Origin: Psychroflexus sp. | Lineage (GTDB): Bacteria; Bacteroidota; Bacteroidia; Flavobacteriales; Flavobacteriaceae | Length of the DNA stretch: 64,000 nucleotides | Direction of reading: 5' to 3' | NCBI GenBank assembly: GCA_051859645.1 | Contig: JBHYFG010000004.1 | Coordinates: 102,014 to 166,013, forward strand | Shown: positions 57,154-64,000 of the stretch, piece by piece | Layout of the letters: every line of letters starts with the position of its first letter | Numbering within the stretch: position 1 is the stretch's first letter | Made by a program: the position numbers and the translations under genes | The notes under the pieces: model-generated | The model's database searches: none | The model's input: the letters and a program-made list of their open reading frames with translations, nothing else | What the model was told of the DNA's origin: nothing

Positions 57154-57918
57154 ATGAAAATAATTTCCTATAACGTAAACGGTATTCGTGCCGCATTAAA
57201 CAAAGGTTTAGCTGAATGGATTGCAACTACCGATGCAACAGTAATTTGCTTTCAGGAAACTAAAGCGCAACCTGAACAAATAGACGATGCCATTTTTAAT
57301 GAACTTGGCTATCCTTATTGTTATTGGTTTTCTGCGCAAAAAAAAGGCTATAGCAGCGTAGGTATTATTAGCAAAATAGAACCCAAAAACGTTGCTTACG
57401 GAACCGGAATCGACCACATGGATTTTGAAGGCAGAAACCTTCGCTTGGATTTTGAAGACTTTTCTGTTATGAGTTTATACCTCCCATCAGGAACAAACGA
57501 CGATAGGCTATCCTATAAATTTACTTACATGGACGATTTTAAGGATTACATACAGCAACTCTTGAAGAAAATTCCAAAACTAGTGATTTGTGGCGACTAT
57601 AATATTTGCCACGAACCTATAGATATTCACGACCCAGTTCGATTAAAAACAGTTTCAGGATTTTTGCCCGAAGAACGCGAGTGGCTATCTTCTTTCTTAG
57701 GAATTGGTTTAGTAGACTCATTTCGACTAAAGCATCCAGATACAGTTACTTATTCTTGGTGGAGTTACCGTGCCAATGCAAGAGCAAACAACAAAGGTTG
57801 GCGCTTAGATTATCATTTGGTTAGTGAAGCACTAAAAGACCAGATAGAAAATTCTTTAATTTTAACAGAAGCTAAACACAGCGACCATTGCCCAGTTGTA
57901 TTATATTTGGATGTTTAA
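57154..57918 (+). CDS. xth: Exodeoxyribonuclease III
   Basis: SYNVNGIRA, CFQETK, CGDYNICH, YSWWSYR, GWRLDY, SDHCPV. Confidence 0.96.
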   Translation: MKIISYNVNGIRAALNKGLAEWIATTDATVICFQETKAQPEQIDDAIFNELGYPYCYWFSAQKKGYSSVGIISKIEPKNVAYGTGIDHMDFEGRNLRLDFEDFSVMSLYLPSGTNDDRLSYKFTYMDDFKDYIQQLLKKIPKLVICGDYNICHEPIDIHDPVRLKTVSGFLPEEREWLSSFLGIGLVDSFRLKHPDTVTYSWWSYRANARANNKGWRLDYHLVSEALKDQIENSLILTEAKHSDHCPVVLYLDV

Positions 57919-57937
57919 TTTTAAAAACCGAAAACCT

Positions 57938-58894
57938 ATGCGTATCCTCACTTTAATTGCATTTGCAAGTGTTTTACTTAGCTCATGTGTAAGCCAAAAA
58001 AAATTTAAAGACTTAGAATCTCAATTCAACCAAATGGTAGACGACTACGAAAACCTTTCGACGAACTACCAAGATTGCCAGGATAATTTAGCTACAACTC
58101 AAGCTTCTCTTACGGATTTAGAAAATGCCTACAACCAATTAAAGGAGGAAGAAGAGGCGCTTAGGTTGAAGTATGCCAACATGCAAACCAATTTCTTGAA
58201 TTTATCTAAATCATACGATGCATTAGAAAAAAATTCGTCATCTGCATTGGCTGAAAATGCTCAGAAAAACCGTGAACTCTTGAAGGAGCTAGAAGAAAAA
58301 GAACGAGCTTTATCCCAAGAACAAGCACGTTTAGAAAAACTACAAAGCGACTTAGCTTCTCGATCTCAACGAGTAGATGAGCTTGAAAAACTAATTGCCG
58401 ATAAGGAGCAAAAAATGACCGATTTAAGAGAAAACCTTTCTCGTGCATTGGTTAATTTTGAAGGAAAAGGACTAAGTGTAGAACAACGCGACGGAAAGGT
58501 TTATGTTTCTATGGAAAACAAATTATTGTTTAGCTCAGGCAGCTGGTCTGTGGGAAGTGAAGGAAAAAAAGCAGTAGAAGAGTTAGGAAAAGTACTTGCT
58601 GCTAACCCAGATATTGCTGTTTCTATTGAAGGACATACCGATAACGACCCGTATCGAGGAACAGGACAATTAACCGACAACTGGGACTTATCTACCAAAA
58701 GAGCCACCGAAGTATTAAAACTATTACTTACCAACAAAGCTATTAATCCACAAAATTTAACAGCAGCTGGTAAGGGAGAGCATGCTCCTGTAGCTTCAAA
58801 TAGCACCGCCGAAGGAAAAGCTAAAAACAGAAGGATTGAAGTTGTACTAACCCCTAAACTTGACGAAATATCGGCCATGTTGAACGAAATGTAA
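57938..58894 (+). CDS. Coiled-coil OmpA/MotB-domain lipoprotein (start moved to ATG 57938)
   Basis: Lipobox LSSC-VSQKKF, long coiled coil, IEGHTDN, NWDLSTKRA, KNRRIEV. Confidence 0.88.
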   Translation: MRILTLIAFASVLLSSCVSQKKFKDLESQFNQMVDDYENLSTNYQDCQDNLATTQASLTDLENAYNQLKEEEEALRLKYANMQTNFLNLSKSYDALEKNSSSALAENAQKNRELLKELEEKERALSQEQARLEKLQSDLASRSQRVDELEKLIADKEQKMTDLRENLSRALVNFEGKGLSVEQRDGKVYVSMENKLLFSSGSWSVGSEGKKAVEELGKVLAANPDIAVSIEGHTDNDPYRGTGQLTDNWDLSTKRATEVLKLLLTNKAINPQNLTAAGKGEHAPVASNSTAEGKAKNRRIEVVLTPKLDEISAMLNEM

Positions 58895-58945
58895 TAAACA
58901 TTCCTTTTTGGAATGGCTTTTGATTAGCTTATCAAAAACCCAACC

Positions 58946-59716
58946 ATGAATAAATTAACTACATTAGTTTTTGTGTTCCTTTGCTTACAAGCAACAGCAC
59001 AAGTCAAACCAGCTTTTCAAGAAGGGGAATGGCTAAAGTTTAAAATAAAATATGGTTGGTTTAACACCTCTGAGGCTACAATGAGTGTAAAAAACTCAAG
59101 TTTGCAAGGCGATCCTATGTACCATATTTCAGGCTTTGGAAAAACAACGGGCATGTTAGATGTTTTTTTTAAAGTGCGAAATAACTTTGAAAGTTACATT
59201 TCTAAAGAAGATGGTCTTACGTATAAATTTATAAGGCAAACTTCTGAAGGTGGACACACTAAAGACAAAATGATAGATTTTATTCCGAAAGAAAACAAAG
59301 CTATTGTACATAATTACAAACACAATAAGGTTTCAGAACACGAAATTATGCCGCTTACCCAAGATATGTTGTCTGCCTTGTACTATTTAAGAAACAAGGT
59401 AGACATCAAAAAATTAAAGATAGGTGACGAGTTTTTTTTGAATTTATTTTTTGACGAAGAAAATTTCAATTTTAAGGTAAAATATATTGGAGAAGAAACG
59501 ATTAAAACTAAGTTTGGGAAAGTAGAAACACTCATTTTTAAACCCTATGTGCAAGCCGACCGAATTTTCAAAGAAGAAGAAGGAGTAACCATTTGGATTA
59601 CTAAAGATCACAACAAAATACCCATAAAAATTGAAGCGCAGATTTTAGTAGGTTCAATTACAGCAACTTTAGACCAATACAAAGGTTTACGAAATCCGTT
59701 TGTAATTCAGTTTTAA
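58946..59716 (+). CDS. DUF3108-type secreted protein
   Basis: Signal peptide, GEWLKFKIKYG, FFKVRN.FESY, QDMLSALYYLR, WIT.D.NKIP. Confidence 0.85.
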   Translation: MNKLTTLVFVFLCLQATAQVKPAFQEGEWLKFKIKYGWFNTSEATMSVKNSSLQGDPMYHISGFGKTTGMLDVFFKVRNNFESYISKEDGLTYKFIRQTSEGGHTKDKMIDFIPKENKAIVHNYKHNKVSEHEIMPLTQDMLSALYYLRNKVDIKKLKIGDEFFLNLFFDEENFNFKVKYIGEETIKTKFGKVETLIFKPYVQADRIFKEEEGVTIWITKDHNKIPIKIEAQILVGSITATLDQYKGLRNPFVIQF

Positions 59717-59721
59717 CTAGT

Positions 59722-60927
59722 TTATCTATTTCTCCAAGCTTGCATTAATTCTTCTTCCGAAGGGTAATTGTTTTCTAAAAGTAAATCACCAAATTGTGCG
59801 TCTACCAATGACCATTGGTTGTTTTTTTGTGATATCAAACCGTAAGTAAAATCTAAAAAGATAATTTCAATAGTATCGTACTGGACAGGTAGTATTTCTT
59901 CTCCATTAAAATTAAATACACCCCATTTTCCTTTTGATGAGACTAGTAAACATTCGGTCTTCTGCTCTATCCTTATTTCGTCATAATTGGCACTCAATGA
60001 TGGCTCTTGTTCACCTTCACCGTAATAAAAGCCAATTTTTTTTGTTTTGAAATCTTTAAACTTAATTGCGTAACCCCAAGAGTCTAAAAACTCGAAGTCA
60101 ACTGCATTGTAGTTTATTGCTAAAAAACCTACAACGGGTTGTTGCGCTTCATTAGAAGGCAATTCCGCTTGTGGCAAATCTTCACTATTCTCATACACAA
60201 AGGGAGTGTAGGGCATAAATAAATCGTCGTTAAGAAGGTAAACAAATCTTGCCCATTTATTTTTTCTTCTAACAGCAAACTGAATGCGTTCTATTTGTAA
60301 GCTTTGAATTAATTGAGCTATTTCATACTCAAGTTCATTTGCAAATTGTTCTGCCTCGAACAATTGATTCGACTCCGTATCGGTAACTTGAAGAAAAACA
60401 GAATCTATTTGCGCTTTTAGGTGGTTATACTCCTTTAAGTTTTTAAAAAATTCTTGTTGATTAGTAATTTTTATTTCGTCGTAAAAATCGGTTAACATTT
60501 CTTCTTCTAAACGAAACAGGGCTTGTTGATTTTTCTTGTTAGTAACAAAAGTTAACTGATCTGAAAACTGTTGAATAGGAAAATCGAAGGATAAATTTTT
60601 TTCTTCTTTAGAGGGCTTAAAGTCAGCATCGTAATCACTGTAAAGTATCCAATTTCCTTTATTTAATTGCACCCGAAAAGGATAAGGACTTAAGCTATCT
60701 GTATTAAATTGAATCGCTGAAAAGGCATGGTAATTCAAGTAATCTCTAATTACTTTTTCAGGGGTTTTGTCAGTTATAAGAAACTCTTCAAAATCCCTTT
60801 CAGCACCTGGGGTTGTAATTTCATAAGCAATGTAAGCTTCATGAACTGTTTCAATTTTTCGATTTTGTGCCATTAAAAAAAATGGAACGAGGCAAAAAAG
60901 TAGTGTTTTATTTTTCATAACCCTCAT
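59722..60927 (-). CDS. Hypothetical secreted protein with C-terminal WG-repeat-like segment
   Basis: KGKWGVFNFNGEEILPVQYD. Confidence 0.72.
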   Translation of the reverse strand: MRVMKNKTLLFCLVPFFLMAQNRKIETVHEAYIAYEITTPGAERDFEEFLITDKTPEKVIRDYLNYHAFSAIQFNTDSLSPYPFRVQLNKGNWILYSDYDADFKPSKEEKNLSFDFPIQQFSDQLTFVTNKKNQQALFRLEEEMLTDFYDEIKITNQQEFFKNLKEYNHLKAQIDSVFLQVTDTESNQLFEAEQFANELEYEIAQLIQSLQIERIQFAVRRKNKWARFVYLLNDDLFMPYTPFVYENSEDLPQAELPSNEAQQPVVGFLAINYNAVDFEFLDSWGYAIKFKDFKTKKIGFYYGEGEQEPSLSANYDEIRIEQKTECLLVSSKGKWGVFNFNGEEILPVQYDTIEIIFLDFTYGLISQKNNQWSLVDAQFGDLLLENNYPSEEELMQAWRNR

Positions 60928-60988
60928 ATTATGAGGCTAATGTAGTATTTTTTTTGAAACAATAATGTATTTCTAAAGAAATCTACAC

Positions 60989-61342
60989 TTACTTTACATC
61001 CTTTATGAATGTAATTCTCGCTAAAACATAAGTGAATAAACCTCCAACTAAAATTAAACCTACATCAATAAGTAAATTTTTCTTTGCGGCAATGAAATAA
61101 TCTAGTAACGTAAACGCAAAAACCACTCCACAAACCATGATAACTTCTTTAATTTTAGCTCGACCAAAATTTCGAATAAAAAAGGAAAGTAAAAAGTAGT
61201 AAAATGCGGGCTTAAAAAATAAACTAACCTTTGAATTCATTCGCCAATTGAAGGTTTCATTGGTGGGAAAAAGTAAATACGAAACAAAAAAAGAGGCTGC
61301 AATAATAGAAAGTGCAATTAGTAGGTTTTTTAGTCGTATCAT
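60989..61342 (-). CDS. Hypothetical membrane protein (about 4 TM)
   Basis: 117 aa, mostly hydrophobic. Confidence 0.65.
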   Translation of the reverse strand: MIRLKNLLIALSIIAASFFVSYLLFPTNETFNWRMNSKVSLFFKPAFYYFLLSFFIRNFGRAKIKEVIMVCGVVFAFTLLDYFIAAKKNLLIDVGLILVGGLFTYVLARITFIKDVK

Positions 61343-61496
61343 AGGTGCTAGATTAGCCGTGAAATTAGCTCAATTACAGAAAAATTCCAAAAATAATACC
61401 CGAAAGTTTAAAATAAGCCAAGGGAAATTGAATTATTTTTTAACGACATTTATTTAGTACACGACATTTATTAAAAAAGAAAGGCATTACTTCATT

Positions 61497-61868
61497 TTAT
61501 GGCTTATGTAGGTTTTTTTCAGATAGGTTTATTTTTTTGAACAAGTACACACGATGCTCCTTATTAACTAACAATTCTTGCATAAATTCATAACCAAACT
61601 CGTATAAATAATTAAATAAATGTACTTCCGAATTGAACCGAAGCACATCGCCATGAGCATTAGAGAGCACGTTTCTGTTCCGACGCGTATCTCTTACTTC
61701 TTGTCCAAGGTCTATTTTTGCTCGAAGCTGAACATTAAACCATGGATAGTCTGTATCTACACTTAAAAACTGTTCCTTAAGTTCAGATAAATGAGTACCA
61801 TTTACGTACTGAGAATGCGCTGTCGCTATGCTAAGCATAAGCCCTATAAAAAGAAATAATTGCTTCAT
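61497..61868 (-). CDS. Hypothetical secreted protein (start moved from 61976 to ATG 61868)
   Basis: MKQLFLFIGLMLSIATAHSQ signal peptide; the longer ORF would overlap thiL. Confidence 0.7.
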   Translation of the reverse strand: MKQLFLFIGLMLSIATAHSQYVNGTHLSELKEQFLSVDTDYPWFNVQLRAKIDLGQEVRDTRRNRNVLSNAHGDVLRFNSEVHLFNYLYEFGYEFMQELLVNKEHRVYLFKKINLSEKNLHKP

Positions 61869-61955
61869 CACTTCATCGTTTAAAACTCCAAGCCAAAACA
61901 AGCTATTTTCTAAGCTTTGGTAATGTTTAATTACGATATTTGCAAAAAATATACC

Positions 61956-63002
61956 ATGTTTGAAAATACAGATCAAAGTAGAACAAAACTTTCAGAACTA
62001 GGCGAATTTGGATTAATTGAGCACTTAACCAAACACTTTCCCACGCTTCACTCGTCTACGATTACTTCTATTGGAGATGATGCTGCTGTTCTTAAACACG
62101 CCAATGAAATTGTGCTTACTACAGATATGTTGGTAGAAGGAGTTCATTTCGATTTAAGCTATATGCCATTAAAACATTTGGGTTATAAAGCCGTTATGGT
62201 AAATCTTTCTGATGTGTATGCGATGAATGCAACAGCTACACAAATTACAGTATCTATCGCTTGCTCCAACCGATTTACTGTTGAAGCATTGGAAGAATTA
62301 TACGCTGGAATTTTACATGCCGCAGAATTGTATCAGGTAGATGTAGTAGGTGGCGATACTACCACTTCGCCTAGCGGATTAACCATTAGCATAACCGCTA
62401 TTGGTACTGCTCCCTCCGAAAAAATTGTACGTCGTTCTGGTGCAAAACCCAACGATTTGCTTGTAGTTTCTGGCGACTTAGGAGGCGCATTCATGGGACT
62501 AAAAGTGTTGCAACGAGAAAAGGAAGTTTTTAAAGTAAACCCAAATAATCAACCCGACCTTGAACATTACACTTATATCATCGAACGCCAGCTAAAACCA
62601 GAAGCAAGAAAAGATATTCCTGTATTGTTGGATAAGCTTGGTGTGCTACCAACTTCAATGATAGATATTAGCGATGGTCTTTCGTCTGAAATAATTCACT
62701 TATGCAAACACTCAAAAGTTGGCGCATCTGTATACGAAGAAAAATTACCCTTGGACCAAGCCGTTATATCTTCCTGTGAAGAGTTTCAACTGGATAGTAC
62801 AACCGTAGTTCTTAACGGTGGCGAAGATTATGAGTTGTTATTTAGTGTAGACCAAAAGGATTACGACAAAATAAAAGGGAATCCAAACTTAAGCATCATC
62901 GGGCACATGGCAGAGGAGTCCAACGGAATTCAACTAATTACAAGAGAAGGAAACGCAATTGCATTAAAATCTAGAGGATGGAATGCAATGCAGGATGAAT
63001 AA
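61956..63002 (+). CDS. thiL: Thiamine-monophosphate kinase (start moved to ATG 61956)
   Basis: LGEFGLI, IGDDAA, DMLVEGVHF, NLSDVYAM, VGGDTT, DISDGL, GGEDYEL. Confidence 0.96.
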   Translation: MFENTDQSRTKLSELGEFGLIEHLTKHFPTLHSSTITSIGDDAAVLKHANEIVLTTDMLVEGVHFDLSYMPLKHLGYKAVMVNLSDVYAMNATATQITVSIACSNRFTVEALEELYAGILHAAELYQVDVVGGDTTTSPSGLTISITAIGTAPSEKIVRRSGAKPNDLLVVSGDLGGAFMGLKVLQREKEVFKVNPNNQPDLEHYTYIIERQLKPEARKDIPVLLDKLGVLPTSMIDISDGLSSEIIHLCKHSKVGASVYEEKLPLDQAVISSCEEFQLDSTTVVLNGGEDYELLFSVDQKDYDKIKGNPNLSIIGHMAEESNGIQLITREGNAIALKSRGWNAMQDE

Positions 63003-63035
63003 TATAACCATAGTTTTGCATTAATTTCTAGCCTT

Positions 63036-63809
63036 ATGTGGTACCAAATTTGGGCATATTTTCGATTTTTAAGTAAGTCTACTAACCAACACGGCGTTCA
63101 CTCTCCATTTGTTTATAGTTTAGTAACCAAGTGTTTTTACGACCCAAAAAAGTATCCTGCTTACCAGCAATGGAGCAAAGCACAAGATAACCTATACAAT
63201 GATGGTTCGTTTATCGAAATGTTGGATGCTGGTGCTGGGTCTCGTGTTTTTTCTAGCCACCGGCGTAAAGTATCTACCATTGCAAAAAACGCGGGTACCA
63301 AACAAAAAAGAGCCTATTTACTCAATCGGTTAGTGACCTACTTTGAAGTTAAAAACGCGTTGGAATTAGGAACTTCTTTAGGTTTAGGAAGCTTAGCTAT
63401 GAGGTTACAAAATAACATTAACCTAACTACAGTTGAAGCTTGTCCAGCCACCTTACAAAGAGCCCAACAACTGTTTAATTTTGCAGGTGTAAACGATATT
63501 GTTACACACCAAGTAAGGTTCAATGAATTTTTTGAACAGTTACAACCTCAGCAAACTTTCGATTTAGTATTTTTAGACGGACACCATGATGGTAAAGCTA
63601 GCCTTGGTTATGTGGAAAAAATTATCCCTTTTTTACACGAAGATTCCATTGTAATACTGGACGATATTCATTGGAGTAAAGACATGGAAAAGGCTTGGGA
63701 AGTACTTATAAAAGACTCGAGAGTTAGCGTAAGTATAGATACTTTTTATTGGGGGTTTTTGTTTTTTAGAAAAGGCCAAGAAAAGGAACATTTTGTTATT
63801 AGAGCATAA
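63036..63809 (+). CDS. Class I SAM-dependent methyltransferase
   Basis: HGVHSPFVY, LELGTSLG, FDLVFLDGHH, ILDDIHWS. Confidence 0.88.
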   Translation: MWYQIWAYFRFLSKSTNQHGVHSPFVYSLVTKCFYDPKKYPAYQQWSKAQDNLYNDGSFIEMLDAGAGSRVFSSHRRKVSTIAKNAGTKQKRAYLLNRLVTYFEVKNALELGTSLGLGSLAMRLQNNINLTTVEACPATLQRAQQLFNFAGVNDIVTHQVRFNEFFEQLQPQQTFDLVFLDGHHDGKASLGYVEKIIPFLHEDSIVILDDIHWSKDMEKAWEVLIKDSRVSVSIDTFYWGFLFFRKGQEKEHFVIRA

Positions 63810-63840
63810 TACCGTTTATCAATTGAAATTACGGGTATTA
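63807..63840 (+). repeat. 32-bp dispersed element (REP-like), overlapping the methyltransferase stop
   Basis: TAATACCGTTTATCAATTGAAATTACGGGTATTA; arms TAATACCGT / ACGGGTATTA. Confidence 0.9.
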
Positions 63841-64000
63841 ATTTAAAAAAAAGTACTACACGAAATATTGTGATAATCCAATTGAAAAATCAATATCGAA
63901 CAAAATCTTTATAGTAAATAATATACTTTTTTATCTTGTATTTACAATTGAGGCTTAATATTTTTTTGGCCGTTAAGTCTGTTTAAAAATTATTGCTAAA

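Noticed and set aside
455-63523. The many 60-125 aa ORFs antisense or out of frame within long genes
   Set aside because: Fully nested in well-supported CDSs; shadow ORFs.
1-64000. tRNA, rRNA, riboswitch (e.g. TPP before thiL), transposase or integrase
   Set aside because: No T-loop/acceptor-stem, rRNA or aptamer signatures and no DDE or tyrosine-recombinase ORF found by eye; a covariance-model scan would be needed to exclude them fully.

Overview
64-kb chromosomal window from a Flavobacteriaceae-type (Bacteroidota) genome, judged from gene content, SusC/SusD and TAnnTTTG promoter boxes. Left end: a beta-1,3-glucan (laminarin-type) polysaccharide utilisation locus on the minus strand (Y_Y_Y/LuxR regulator, SusC, SusD, PKD/CBM-like surface lipoprotein, GH16), which continues off the left edge. 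Most of the rest is housekeeping (csp, ppiD, recJ, AddB-like nuclease, ompA, kbl, rnr, serS, purT, hemJ, nadD-gmk-yicC, xth, thiL). A more accessory block at about 32.4-49.5 kb holds heptamer-based repeat clusters, an ATPase-PD-(D/E)XK gene with tandem palindromes around its promoter, hypothetical secreted proteins, phhA, an orphan ketosynthase and a triply broken pseudogene. No tRNA, rRNA, CRISPR array, transposase or integrase was seen. The best unexplained signal is an unannotated 19-codon Tyr/Trp/Phe-rich leader peptide (MNTKKHMYYYWTFFRKGTV) with promoter, antiterminator and terminator upstream of phenylalanine 4-hydroxylase, i.e. a putative aromatic-amino-acid attenuator on phhA. All family assignments are from motif recognition by eye; no database search was run.
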